Source: an uncultured Acidimicrobiales bacterium | GTDB lineage: Bacteria > Actinomycetota > Acidimicrobiia > Acidimicrobiales > Aldehydirespiratoraceae | Assembly: GCA_951812975.1 (NCBI GenBank) | Contig: CATOTC010000004.1 | Span: 3,636-67,635 of the forward strand | Length of the DNA stretch: 64,000 nt | Reading direction: 5' to 3' | In this document: in pieces, positions 1-9,420 of the stretch | Layout of the letters: the number at the start of each line of letters is the position of its first letter | How positions within the stretch are numbered: position 1 is the stretch's first letter | The notes under the pieces: model-generated | Databases searched by the model: none | Seen by the model: only the letters and a program-made list of their open reading frames with translations | What the model was told of the DNA's origin: nothing | Made by a program: the position numbers and the translations under genes

Positions 1-2
1 TC

Positions 3-59
3 TTCGCGTCGACCACCGTCGCCGAGGCCGCCGCAACGGTTCTGGGCCAGCCGGACTAA
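3..59 (+). CDS. 3' end of an unidentified CDS entering from the left edge (partial)
   Basis: Frame 3 reads FASTTVAEAAATVLGQPD* open from the window edge to TAA at 57-59. Third codon positions are almost all G/C, as in the confirmed genes. Confidence 0.35.
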   Translation, partial: FASTTVAEAAATVLGQPD

Positions 60-96
60 GGCAGATCCTGGCGCGAACCGGTTCTCCGCGGCCCGG

Positions 97-155
97 AACC
101 AACTCCCCGCGCTAGACCAACACCACCGCCCACAACCAACTCCCCGCGCTAGACC
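97..155. repeat. 22-bp perfect direct repeat aaccaactccccgcgctagacc (97-118 and 134-155)
   Basis: Read directly. The second copy contains the stop codon (cta, 149-151) of the acyl-CoA dehydrogenase gene. Confidence 0.9.
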
Positions 156-1387
156 GGCAGGTTGCCGGTTGCAGACTTGGTCGTGCCGTGGTCCTTGTAG
201 GCAGCGATCGTGCGCTGAGCTATCCGCATCTGATGGACCTCATCAGCACCATCGGCGAAACGGGCCCAGCGGGCATGCTGGAACATGTGAGCGAGCGGAG
301 TGTCCGTCGAATAGCCCAACGCTCCGTGCACCTGAATGGCGCGGTCAATGATCCGATTCAACGAATTGGCCACAAAGTGCTTCGCCATCGACACCTCCGA
401 CTTGAAATCCTCGTCAGCGTCGATCTTCGAAGCAGCGTGCAGAACCATCAACTTGCACTGATACAACTCCATGGCCGAATCGGCGATCATCCACTGGATC
501 CCCTGCTTCTCCGCAAGGATCGAACCGTGGCTGTAACGATCCAGCGAACGGGCCACCATCATGTCCAGCGCCGTCTCGGCCTGGGCGATCCAACGCATGC
601 AGTGCGCCAGCCGGGCCGGACCGAGACGGTATTGGCCGAGCAGGTGGCCCTGACCCCTACCGCCCAGCATCTGGCTCTCATGCAGGCGTAGATCCTCGAT
701 GAGGATCTCAGAGTGCCCGGTGCTGCCGTGCATCGTCTCGATCTGCCGTACTTCCGTCCAACCAGGTGTTGGAAGGTCGACGATGAACGCCGTGTTCGCC
801 GCCTGGGGAAGATCCGGGTCGTCCTCGGTCCTCACGATGAGGATGGCGAAGTTGGCGCGATGGGCATTGGAGATGAACCACTTGTGCCCGTTGAGGACCC
901 ATTCCTCACCGTCGGGGTAGCCGCTGCTGCGAATCAGAGTCGGATCAGAACCGGCCACCTCGGGTTCGGTCATCGCGAAGCAGGACCAGACGGTTCCCTG
1001 GCACAGAGGCTTCAAATACTTCTCCGCCTGTGCAGGAGTCGCCCAGTGCAACAGGGTGTGCATGTTGCCCTCATCGGGGGCCTGACAGTTGAGCACCCAG
1101 GGGCCGTAGTACGACTTGGCCGCCTCAGCCTGCACCATCGCCAATGCCACATGGCCCAGTCCCATCCCGCCCCACTCGACAGGCATGTGTGGAAGCCAGA
1201 GTCCCTGAGCGTGGGCCTTCTTGCGCAGGCTGATCAGCCGTTCGACCCTCTCTTTGCCCTCGAGCGCCGGAGCACCACCATGGCCCTCGATCTCTGCTTC
1301 CGCAGGCTTGACCACCTCGTTGATGAACTCACGAACCCGGCCCCGGATCGCCTCGTGCTCCGGACTCAGAGTGAAGTCAATCGCCAC
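149..1387 (-). CDS. acyl-CoA dehydrogenase family protein
   Basis: 412-aa ORF with GTG start. Family-typical blocks are FAMTEPEVAGSDP, WFISNA and a C-terminal helical domain (QVHGALGYS). Confidence 0.9.
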   Translation of the reverse strand: MAIDFTLSPEHEAIRGRVREFINEVVKPAEAEIEGHGGAPALEGKERVERLISLRKKAHAQGLWLPHMPVEWGGMGLGHVALAMVQAEAAKSYYGPWVLNCQAPDEGNMHTLLHWATPAQAEKYLKPLCQGTVWSCFAMTEPEVAGSDPTLIRSSGYPDGEEWVLNGHKWFISNAHRANFAILIVRTEDDPDLPQAANTAFIVDLPTPGWTEVRQIETMHGSTGHSEILIEDLRLHESQMLGGRGQGHLLGQYRLGPARLAHCMRWIAQAETALDMMVARSLDRYSHGSILAEKQGIQWMIADSAMELYQCKLMVLHAASKIDADEDFKSEVSMAKHFVANSLNRIIDRAIQVHGALGYSTDTPLAHMFQHARWARFADGADEVHQMRIAQRTIAAYKDHGTTKSATGNLPV

Positions 1388-1393
1388 GACGCA

Positions 1394-1423
1394 CCTCAGA
1401 CATCCGGATCTCAGACATCCAGA
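1394..1423. repeat. 15-nt tandem duplication (13/15 identical) copying the ftsX stop codon and last codons
   Basis: cctcagacatccgga / tctcagacatccaga. The minus strand reads ..L D V TGA gat ccg gat gtc TGA. Confidence 0.85.
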
Positions 1424-2307
1424 TACCGCGTCACGGCCACCGCAGAACCAATACCCGACACCACGATGGCGATCCCCAGGACCAGCAGGCTCGTGGAGTA
1501 GAACTCGCCCTGATCGACCCTGAAGCCCTGCATGAGCTGGAGGCTGTCCGGTTCGCTCAGCCCCTTGATGACCGTGTCGTCGAGAACCCGCAGACCGACC
1601 CAGGCCCCCATCGCCCCCAGGACCGCCTGAACCAGACCCTCGAGCATGAACGGCACGCGAATGAACCAGTTGGTCGCTCCCACCACCTTCATGATCTCGA
1701 TCTCGGCACCGCGACTGCGGATCGCGCTCACGATGTTGGTCAAGATCAACAATGTGGCCGCCGTGAGCAGGATCACCGAACCCACCAGGAACACCCTGGT
1801 CACCTTGTCGGCGAGGCGCTGAATGTCACGGATCGTCTGATCAGCGGAAACAACCTCCTCCACACCCGGGCGTCCGACAAACTGGTCCGACAGCTCCGCG
1901 ACCACATCGGCATCGGGGTTCTCGGGCACAACCCGATACGACGGAGGCAGAACATCCGGAGAGACGACCTCTATCAACTCGGGGGTGTCGGCGAAGATCT
2001 CCCGGAACTCCTCATAGGTCTGACTCTGGTCGACGTAGATCCATTCCTTGATCGCCGGGCTCGTGTCGATGCTGTCGCGGATGTTCGCGTCCTGTTCGGC
2101 AGTCGCGTCGGGTTGCATCCAGACCACGAACTCGATCCCGCCCTCCCAGCGGGCCGTGGCGTTGTCGACCGCATAGTTGAACAGGAAGAACCCGCCGAAG
2201 AGCCATAACGACACACCGATGGTGATGATCGCGGCTGCCGACGACAGGACGTTGCGCCACAGGTTCTGGCCGGTCTCACGGAGGACGTACCTCGGACTCA
2301 GCGCCAT
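1411..2307 (-). CDS. ftsX: cell division permease FtsX
   Basis: 298 aa: N-terminal TM, extracellular domain, three C-terminal TMs. It lies immediately downstream of ftsE. Confidence 0.9.
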   Translation of the reverse strand: MALSPRYVLRETGQNLWRNVLSSAAAIITIGVSLWLFGGFFLFNYAVDNATARWEGGIEFVVWMQPDATAEQDANIRDSIDTSPAIKEWIYVDQSQTYEEFREIFADTPELIEVVSPDVLPPSYRVVPENPDADVVAELSDQFVGRPGVEEVVSADQTIRDIQRLADKVTRVFLVGSVILLTAATLLILTNIVSAIRSRGAEIEIMKVVGATNWFIRVPFMLEGLVQAVLGAMGAWVGLRVLDDTVIKGLSEPDSLQLMQGFRVDQGEFYSTSLLVLGIAIVVSGIGSAVAVTRYLDV

Positions 2308-2331
2308 ACCGACCTACCCATAGACACAGAC

Positions 2332-3009
2332 CTACTCATAGACACCGCGGGCCTGGTCGCGGACGATCTCGCCCCGGTCGAGCTCGATGACTCTGCGACG
2401 CATCGTGTCGACGATGCTGCGGTCATGCGTCGCCATCACCACGGTCGTGCCCGTGCGGTTGATTCGATCGAGCAGTTTCATGATCCCGACGGAGGTCTGC
2501 GGATCAAGGTTGCCGGTGGGCTCGTCCGCCAACAGAATCGGCGGTCGATTGACGAACGCCCGCGCCACCGACACACGCTGCTGCTCACCACCGGACAGCT
2601 CGTGGGGAAAATTGTCTATCTTCTCAGCAAGGCCGACCAGTTCGAGGATGGCGGGAACCTGCTTGCGGACCACCTGTCGGGGCTTGCCGATCACCTCGAG
2701 GGCGAAAGCAACGTTCTCGGCCACCGTCTTCTTCGGGAGCAGCTTGAAATCCTGGAATATGAAGCCGATGTTGCGGCGCAGGAAGGGCACCCGCCAGGTA
2801 CCGAGCGTACCGATGTCCTTGCCGGCCACATAGATGGTCCCGTGTTCGGGGAGTTCCTCCCGGTTCAGGAGCCGAATGAACGTGGACTTGCCCGATCCCG
2901 ACGGTCCGACGAGGAACACGAACTCGCCCTTGGCGATGTCCACGGTGACATCACGGACCGCGACAACGGTGCCCTTGTAGACCTTGGTGACGTTGTTGAG
3001 TTTGATCAT
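2332..3009 (-). CDS. ftsE: cell division ATP-binding protein FtsE
   Basis: Walker [13 protein letters not shown] signature LSGGEQQR, Walker [13 protein letters not shown]. Paired with ftsX. Confidence 0.95.
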   Translation of the reverse strand: MIKLNNVTKVYKGTVVAVRDVTVDIAKGEFVFLVGPSGSGKSTFIRLLNREELPEHGTIYVAGKDIGTLGTWRVPFLRRNIGFIFQDFKLLPKKTVAENVAFALEVIGKPRQVVRKQVPAILELVGLAEKIDNFPHELSGGEQQRVSVARAFVNRPPILLADEPTGNLDPQTSVGIMKLLDRINRTGTTVVMATHDRSIVDTMRRRVIELDRGEIVRDQARGVYE

Positions 3010-3110
3010 TGTTGTTCAGTCTTTTTTGTTCGTGAACGATGCGGTCCTCGGACGCTGGGCGCGCGTCAGCCGACCGCGGGACATTACCAGCGACCGGGGG
3101 TCAAACCGAG

Positions 3111-4223
3111 TCAATCGCTTGAGTTCTGGGCTCTCGTCCAACGAAGCCAGGCCTCCATGAACGCTTCGATCTCTCCGCCTAGCACCGACTCGATCTGTGA
3201 AGTCTCGAAATCGGTGCGAAGATCCTTGACCATCTGGTACGGCTGCATCACGTAGCTGCGTATTTGACTGCCGAAACCCACGTTGTCCTGTTCGCCGGTG
3301 ATTCCGGCGATCTCGGCCTCGCGCTTCTTGCGTTCACGATCCAAGAGTTTGGCGGCCATCATCTGTATGGCACGGTCCTTGTTCTGGTGCTGGCTCCGCT
3401 CGTTCTGACAGCTCGTCACCAGGCCGGTCGGCAGGTGGGTGATGCGCACAGCCGAGTCGGTGACGTTGACATGCTGGCCACCCGCACCTGAAGAACGATA
3501 CGTGTCGATCCGAAGCTCCTTCTCGTCGATGTCGATCTCGTTGGCCACCTCCTCGAAGAACGGGGCGACCTGAACCGCGGAGAACGCTGTCTGGCGTTTG
3601 CCCTCGTTGTTGAACGGCGAGATCCGCACCAGCCGGTGCACACCATGTTCGGCCTGCATCAACCCGTAGGCGTGGCGTCCCTTCAGGATGAACTCGACGC
3701 TCGAGAGACCTGCTTCGGTGCCCTCCGACACCGCCGTGATCTCGACTTCGAAACCCTTGCGGTCCGCCCAGCGGTTGTACATCCGCATGAGCATCTCCGC
3801 CCAGTCCTGAGCGTCGGTCCCGCCCTCCCCCGACTTGATCTGACAAACGGCGTCGCCCTGATCGAACTCACCGGTGAACAATGATCGCACTTCCAGGTCG
3901 TCGAGCTTGGCTTCAAGGGCTGCGGTCCCCAAGGTGATCTCATCGGCGAGCAACTCGTCGCCCTCCTCGCGGGCGAGTTGATGCAACGTCTCCACATCGT
4001 CGAGGTCTGCACACAGGCGGCTGAACATCGTCAGGTCCTCGTTGAGAGCCGCGAACTCGGAGGTGATCCTGCGTGCCGAGTCCTGGTCGTCCCAGAGATC
4101 GGCGCGCGAGGCCTCAGCTTCGAGCTGCGGGCGGCGAGCCTCAAGATCAGCGATTCTCAAGTACTGCGACGCTTCCTCGACCCGACTCCTGATCGCGGCT
4201 AGCTGGTCGGTGAAGTCCTGCAT
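3111..4223 (-). CDS. prfB: peptide chain release factor 2
   Basis: 370 aa with the SPF tripeptide (RISPFNN) and GGQ motif (SGAGGQHVN). The ORF is uninterrupted, with no in-frame UGA or +1 frameshift site. Confidence 0.95.
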   Translation of the reverse strand: MQDFTDQLAAIRSRVEEASQYLRIADLEARRPQLEAEASRADLWDDQDSARRITSEFAALNEDLTMFSRLCADLDDVETLHQLAREEGDELLADEITLGTAALEAKLDDLEVRSLFTGEFDQGDAVCQIKSGEGGTDAQDWAEMLMRMYNRWADRKGFEVEITAVSEGTEAGLSSVEFILKGRHAYGLMQAEHGVHRLVRISPFNNEGKRQTAFSAVQVAPFFEEVANEIDIDEKELRIDTYRSSGAGGQHVNVTDSAVRITHLPTGLVTSCQNERSQHQNKDRAIQMMAAKLLDRERKKREAEIAGITGEQDNVGFGSQIRSYVMQPYQMVKDLRTDFETSQIESVLGGEIEAFMEAWLRWTRAQNSSD

Positions 4224-4238
4224 CGTTACCAGTCCCAG

Positions 4239-4253
4239 TTACCAGTCCTGCAT
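4239..4253 (-). other. 4-codon upstream mini-ORF (ATG CAG GAC TGG TAA) duplicating the prfB start
   Basis: Lies 8 nt after the secA stop. It is in frame with the prfB ATG and 15 nt upstream of it. Its first 3 codons are identical to prfB codons 1-3. Confidence 0.3.
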
Positions 4254-4261
4254 CGTCGGCG

Positions 4262-7003
4262 TTAAAGAGCAGCCCTTGCAGCTGCCCGGCCGTGGCACAT
4301 CTTGAACTTCTTGCCGCTGCCACAGGGGCAGGGCTCGTTCCGACCAACCTTCTCGAGCTCGCTCTTGACGATCGGGGTGCGCGAAGCGGCTTGGTTGGGT
4401 TTCACCAGCGGCGCAGCCGCCGAGGGGATCGCCGCGGCTGAAGTGCCCGCGTCGGCGGTCTGCTTCTGTTCGGTGACCCCGACGAGCTGCTGCTCGTCGA
4501 GTTCGCTCTCGGGTTCGGCGGGCTGATCATCGGGTGGGCGGGCCGCCTGCACATGCATGACGTACTTCACGAAGTCGATCGAGATGGCGGTCATCATCTG
4601 GGCGAACATCTGGAATCCCTCGCGTTGCCATTCCGTCGCCGGGTCCTTCTGGCCCATGGCACGCAGGTGGATGCCCTCGCGCAGCAGATCCATCTCCGAG
4701 AGGTGCTGACGCCAACGCTGGTCGATTACCAGGAGCATCACCTGCCGTTCCACCTGGCGGAGAACCTCTTCGGTCAGATCTGCCTCGCGTTCCTCGTAGA
4801 TCTCGACGGCTTCGCTGAAGACCAGTTCGGCCAGCTCATTGGGGTCGCGAACACCGCCGAGGGACAGCTTGGTGAGCTTCGAGGGCCACAACGTGGAGAT
4901 CTCGGTAATAAACCCCTCGAGGTCCCACTCTTCAAAGATGTCGGATCCGCAGTAGGTGTCGACCAGACCGTCGACGGCCTGTTGAATGTACTCGAACGCC
5001 TCGCCGCGGAGATCGGCCCCGTCGAGGATCTGGCTGCGGCGCTCGTAGATGACCTTGCGCTGCTCGTTCATCACCTCGTCGTACTTGAGAACGTTCTTGC
5101 GCGTCTCAGCGTTGCGCTGCTCAACGGTGTTCTGCGCACGCTCGATCGCCTTGGTCACCATGTTGGCCTCGATCGGTGCATCCTCGGGCAGTGCCCGATC
5201 CATCACCCAGTTCATCGCACCCGTAGCGAAGAGGCGCATCAGGTCGTCTTCGAGCGACAGATAGAAGCGGCTCTGTCCCGGATCACCCTGCCGACCGGAA
5301 CGGCCCCGGAGCTGATTGTCAATGCGGCGACTCTCGTGACGTTCCGTGCCGAGCACGTAGAGGCCCCCGAGTTCGATGACCTTCTGGCGCTCACGCTCAG
5401 TCGTCTCGGTATGGAGTGCGAGACGCTCGTTGTAGAAGTCTCGGCCCTCCTCGGTCAACGGATCGCAACCCTTGGCCAACACGTCACGCTCCGCGAGCCC
5501 CTCGGGATTGCCTCCCAACAGGACGTCGACACCGCGACCCGCCATGTTGGTGGCCACCGTGATCGCCCCGAGCCGCCCAGCCTGAGCAACAATCTCGGCT
5601 TCCCGGTCATGCTGCTTGGCGTTGAGGACCTCATGGGGAATGCCGCGCTTGTCGAGCGCACGGGAGAGCTTCTCGGACTTCTCCACCGAGATCGTGCCCA
5701 CCAGCACCGGTTGACCCGACTCGTGACGAGCGGCCAGATCCTCGACGCAGGCCGAGAACTTGCCTTCCTCGCTCTTGTAGATCAGATCGGCTTCGTCGTC
5801 CCGGGCGAGCGGGCGATTAGTGGGAATGGGGACCACATGCAGCCCGTAGGTGCCGACGAACTCCGAAGCCTCGGTCTCGGCCGTGCCGGTCATCCCCGCG
5901 AGGCGCTTATAGAGCCGGTAATAGTTCTGAAGCGTGATAGTGGCGAGGGTCTGGTTCTCCTCTTTGATCGCAACCCCCTCCTTCGCCTCCACCGCCTGAT
6001 GGAGGCCGTCGGACCAGCGGCGTCCGTCGAGGACCCGCCCGGTGAACTCGTCGACGATCTTCACCGCGCCCTTCTCGACGATGTACTCCTTGTCGCGCTT
6101 GTACAGCTCCTTGGCCCGCAGCGCCGCTTGGAGCTGGTGCACCAGATTGGCCGAGACCTGGTCGTACAGGTTCTCGATCCCCAGAGCCCTCTCGACGGCA
6201 TGGACCCCTTCCTCGAGCGGGGCGACCGTGCGCTTCTCCTCGTCGACTTCGTAGTGCAGGTCGCGGCGCAGACCTCTGGCCACCGAAGCGAACTTGGTGT
6301 AGAGCTTGGCCGCGTCGGCCACACGGCCCGAGATGATGAGCGGCGTGCGCGCCTCGTCGATCAGGATCGAGTCGATCTCGTCGACGATGCAGTAGTGGTG
6401 GCCCCGCTGGACCTGACGGGCACGGCTGGTGGCCATGTTGTCGCGCAGATAGTCGAAACCGAACTCGTTGTTGGTCCCGTAGGTGATGTCCGCGGCGTAC
6501 TGGACCCGTTTGAAACTGGAGTCCCGGTTGCCGGGGACGATCAGCCCGACCTCAAGGCCCAGCCAACGGTAGACCTGACCCATCCATTCGGAGTCGCGGC
6601 GGGCCAGATAGTCGTTGACGGTCACAATGTGAACGCCGTTGCCGGTGAGCCCGTTGAGATAGATCGGGAGCGTGGAGGTGAGAGTTTTGCCCTCCCCCGT
6701 CTTCATCTCCGCAACCCAACCCAAATGCAGTGCGGCGCCGCCCACCAGCTGTACGTCGTAGTGCCGTTGACCGAGCACCCGCCGCGCCGCCTCACGTACT
6801 ACAGCAAAGGCTTCCATCAGCAGGTTGTCGAGTTCTTCACCGTTGTCGAGGCGGGTCCGGAACTCGGCGGTGCGGGCTCGAAGAGCATCGTCTGACAACG
6901 CCTCTGTGGCCGGTTCCAAGGCGTTGATGTCTGGTACCAGATCCTGAAGGTACTTGAGTTTCCGCCCCTCGCCGCTTCGAAGAACCCGCTTGAATACGCT
7001 CAT
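4262..7003 (-). CDS. secA: preprotein translocase ATPase SecA
   Basis: DEAD-like motor motifs ([28 protein letters not shown]) and a C-terminal zinc motif [14 protein letters not shown]. Start chosen at [13 protein letters not shown] (ATG 7003); the ORF track extends 12 codons further to 7039. Confidence 0.95.
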   Translation of the reverse strand: MSVFKRVLRSGEGRKLKYLQDLVPDINALEPATEALSDDALRARTAEFRTRLDNGEELDNLLMEAFAVVREAARRVLGQRHYDVQLVGGAALHLGWVAEMKTGEGKTLTSTLPIYLNGLTGNGVHIVTVNDYLARRDSEWMGQVYRWLGLEVGLIVPGNRDSSFKRVQYAADITYGTNNEFGFDYLRDNMATSRARQVQRGHHYCIVDEIDSILIDEARTPLIISGRVADAAKLYTKFASVARGLRRDLHYEVDEEKRTVAPLEEGVHAVERALGIENLYDQVSANLVHQLQAALRAKELYKRDKEYIVEKGAVKIVDEFTGRVLDGRRWSDGLHQAVEAKEGVAIKEENQTLATITLQNYYRLYKRLAGMTGTAETEASEFVGTYGLHVVPIPTNRPLARDDEADLIYKSEEGKFSACVEDLAARHESGQPVLVGTISVEKSEKLSRALDKRGIPHEVLNAKQHDREAEIVAQAGRLGAITVATNMAGRGVDVLLGGNPEGLAERDVLAKGCDPLTEEGRDFYNERLALHTETTERERQKVIELGGLYVLGTERHESRRIDNQLRGRSGRQGDPGQSRFYLSLEDDLMRLFATGAMNWVMDRALPEDAPIEANMVTKAIERAQNTVEQRNAETRKNVLKYDEVMNEQRKVIYERRSQILDGADLRGEAFEYIQQAVDGLVDTYCGSDIFEEWDLEGFITEISTLWPSKLTKLSLGGVRDPNELAELVFSEAVEIYEEREADLTEEVLRQVERQVMLLVIDQRWRQHLSEMDLLREGIHLRAMGQKDPATEWQREGFQMFAQMMTAISIDFVKYVMHVQAARPPDDQPAEPESELDEQQLVGVTEQKQTADAGTSAAAIPSAAAPLVKPNQAASRTPIVKSELEKVGRNEPCPCGSGKKFKMCHGRAAARAAL

Positions 7004-7079
7004 AGGTACCCAAGACTCTACCGACCTGCAGTCCCACAATTGGGACAGAAATCGATCGTGTGAGCCCTTCGAGCCGGTA

Positions 7080-7667
7080 TCACCCGGCTTCGTCTATCAG
7101 GCCGACGTCGCCGTCGTCGCGGCGGTAGACCACGGCTGAACGGTCGGTTTCCTTGTTGATGAAGAAGAAGAAGCCGTGGTCCATGTTCTCCATCTTCTCG
7201 ACCGCCTCGTCGGGAGTCAGCGGACCGAGATGAAACCGCTTCGTCTTGACGATCTGAGGCGTCCGCTCCTCGCCACCGTCGATTTCGGGCATCTCCGCCT
7301 CGATCACCGCCACGTTGCTGAGCGGAGCATCGGTTCCCGAACGGATGGTAGCTCCGGTGCCGTGGTGTCGACGTTGGAGCTTCGTCCGCAGCTTGCGAAT
7401 CTGCCGCATCAACTTGTCTTCAGCCAGGTCGATCGCAGTGAAGGGATCAGGCGCGCGCACCTTGCAACGCAGATGATGACCTCGGCCTCTCAAGACGATC
7501 TCACAGAACTCCTTGTCTGCGATCCGAGGATTCTGCGCTTGGTCGAAGTGCACGCTCGCATAGTCGAGCACGTCAAGGTACCGGTCCAACTGACCGATTT
7601 TCTCGTGGATCACCTCCTCCAGTCGCGGCGTGACATTCACATGCCGGGCGCTGATGGAGACGTCCAT
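7080..7667 (-). CDS. hpf: ribosome hibernation promoting factor, long form
   Basis: 195 aa. N-terminal RaiA/S30AE-type domain ([14 protein letters not shown]) plus a C-terminal dimerisation domain. GGAGG lies upstream of the ATG. Confidence 0.85.
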   Translation of the reverse strand: MDVSISARHVNVTPRLEEVIHEKIGQLDRYLDVLDYASVHFDQAQNPRIADKEFCEIVLRGRGHHLRCKVRAPDPFTAIDLAEDKLMRQIRKLRTKLQRRHHGTGATIRSGTDAPLSNVAVIEAEMPEIDGGEERTPQIVKTKRFHLGPLTPDEAVEKMENMDHGFFFFINKETDRSAVVYRRDDGDVGLIDEAG

Positions 7668-7737
7668 TACCTACCTCCTGATTGTGGTGTGGTCCGATAG
7701 TAGATCGTCAACGGACCCCTGTTGCAAGCCGACATTA

Positions 7738-7792
7738 GGAGACCCGTCGGTTCGCCGCCGCCATACCTGTCCAATAACTTGCACGGGTCTCC
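7738..7792 (-). promoter_or_regulatory. 10-bp perfect inverted repeat (GGAGACCCGT N35 ACGGGTCTCC) between the ComF-like gene and hpf
   Basis: Arms at 7738-7747 and 7783-7792 read directly. No U-tract follows, so its role (processing site, attenuator or operator) is unknown. Confidence 0.3.
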
Positions 7793-7826
7793 GCGAGCAC
7801 GCCCGCGGCCTCACCGGCACGCGCTC

Positions 7827-8330
7827 TCATGGCGAAACCGCCTGCGTGGCCTGTGTGGCTACCAGGCCGAACACTGTGCCGGCTCCACGAGACCGGAGCA
7901 CCGAGGCGGCACAGCGCAGTGTCGTACCCGTCGTGGATACGTCGTCCACGACCAGGACCCTGGGCTCGCAGCGCAGTCGCGGCCCGCACGACACGAGGTC
8001 GGGCCCGGCGACACGACCATCGAGATCGCGCCCGGTCTGAGGATCGTCGTCTGATCGCCGCAGCAACCGCCTCACCCGGATCCGCCGACGACGGGCCAGC
8101 GCACGAGCCAGCAACTCGCCCTGATCGAACCCCCTCTGCCGACGACGCGAAGGAGACGCCGGCACCCAGGTCACCACGTCGACATCAGGCGACACTTCAG
8201 CCATGGCCGCGGCCAACTCGGAAACCGCAGCAGTAGCCCTGCCGTACTTCAACCTGCACACCAACTCTGCGGCGCGCCCCTCATGGGGCCAGACCGAGAT
8301 CAACTCATGCAACGAACCGTCGACTGCCAT
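7827..8330 (-). CDS. ComF-family phosphoribosyltransferase-like protein (short form)
   Basis: PRTase loop VLVVDDVSTTGTTL. It lacks the N-terminal Cys-rich region usual for ComF. Confidence 0.7.
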   Translation of the reverse strand: MAVDGSLHELISVWPHEGRAAELVCRLKYGRATAAVSELAAAMAEVSPDVDVVTWVPASPSRRRQRGFDQGELLARALARRRRIRVRRLLRRSDDDPQTGRDLDGRVAGPDLVSCGPRLRCEPRVLVVDDVSTTGTTLRCAASVLRSRGAGTVFGLVATQATQAVSP

Positions 8331-8381
8331 GGGCTCACCCTAAGCACGGCCTGTGACAGTCAGGCCGAATCTTCGCCAAGG

Positions 8382-9420
8382 TCAAGCATCGGCGAGGTCG
8401 CCCACCTTCTCGGCGCTCACACGGCCGGTTTCATACATCCAGCGAGCCATGTCGCGAAAGGTCTCCACCAACGGGCGGAACTGCACCCCAGTGGCCTCAA
8501 CGGTGGCAGAGTCGTCGCCGGGCTTGCAGTTGAACAGATAGTCGTAGCCATCGCTGGTCATCACGATGTCCTTGCCGAAACGCCTGGTGAAGTCACCGAT
8601 TTGGGACCAGGTCCACATGAACCAACGCGGCGTCGGGAAGGTCTTGATCTTGGCTCCGGTCGCCTCGGTCAGCGCGGCCACATGTGCCCGGGCATCAACA
8701 TGGGTGCCGAACGCCAGCAAGCGCTTCGGGCCCCGACCCGGCTCCAGCGACGCCGAGACGACCGCGGCGACATCACGGACGTCGACATAGTTACCACTGA
8801 GCCCCTTAGCGATCGGAAAGCCCTTCTCAAACCACATGATCGCAGATGACAGATTGATCGACTCCGTCCAGTCGTCGGGGCCGATGATCCCCGAGGGGTA
8901 CACCGTCACAACCGGGTTCCCCTCGTCCTGGAGACTCCGGGCATAACGCTCGCAGGCCGCCTTGCTGCGGCCGTAGGCCTCGTCGTTGCCCATCACCGGA
9001 TGGTCCGCAGTCACCGGATCGGCCCGGAACGGGAACAGCGCCGCCGCCGATGAGATATGCACGATCGGATCGCAGCCCGCCGCAACCGCAGCCCGCCGCA
9101 ACCGCAGCCCCCAGCACGTTGCGAGCACCGGCGAGGTTGGTCTCGTCCATTGCCTCGGACTGCGCCGGGTCGGTCGCCACGATCGCCGCACAGTGAACCA
9201 CGGCCTCACAGTCCTGTACCGCCGCATTCACGGAATCCTCGTCGGTGATGTCACCCTGAGCCACATCGAGATCCGACGGGTCGACAGCGAGCTTCTCCAT
9301 CAGGGGGGCGACCTTGGCCGGGGTCCTGACAAAGACCCGTACGTCGTGACTATCGAGCAGCAGCCGCCTGGTGATCAGGCTTCCCAGATAGCCCGTCGCT
9401 CCCGTCACCAGAACTTTCAT
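8382..9420 (-). pseudogene. NAD-dependent epimerase/dehydratase (extended SDR), frameshifted by a 16-bp tandem duplication
   Basis: The N-terminal ORF (8827-9420, MKVLVTGATGYLGS...) and C-terminal ORF (8382-9227) both read AAVAAGC at the junction. Deleting one 16-mer gives a continuous ..NVLGAAVAAGCDPIVHISS.. Confidence 0.75.
9071..9110. repeat. 2.5 copies of the 16-mer cgcagcccgccgcaac
   Basis: Copies at 9071-9086 and 9087-9102, partial copy at 9103-9110. The unit length is not a multiple of 3. Confidence 0.9.

Noticed and set aside
3111-4223. Programmed +1 frameshift site in prfB
   Set aside because: I looked for an in-frame UGA near codon 25 with an upstream SD-like element. The ORF is continuous from ATG to stop.
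4553-6895. 780-aa ORF on the plus strand
   Set aside because: It is antisense to secA, whose translation carries unambiguous motor and zinc motifs. The ORF translation is Arg/Leu/Val/Gly-rich with no recognisable domain. Long antisense ORFs are expected in high-GC DNA.
7004-7039. 12-codon upstream extension of secA ([12 protein letters not shown])
   Set aside because: The SecA consensus N-terminus starts at [13 protein letters not shown], and the extension has no support.
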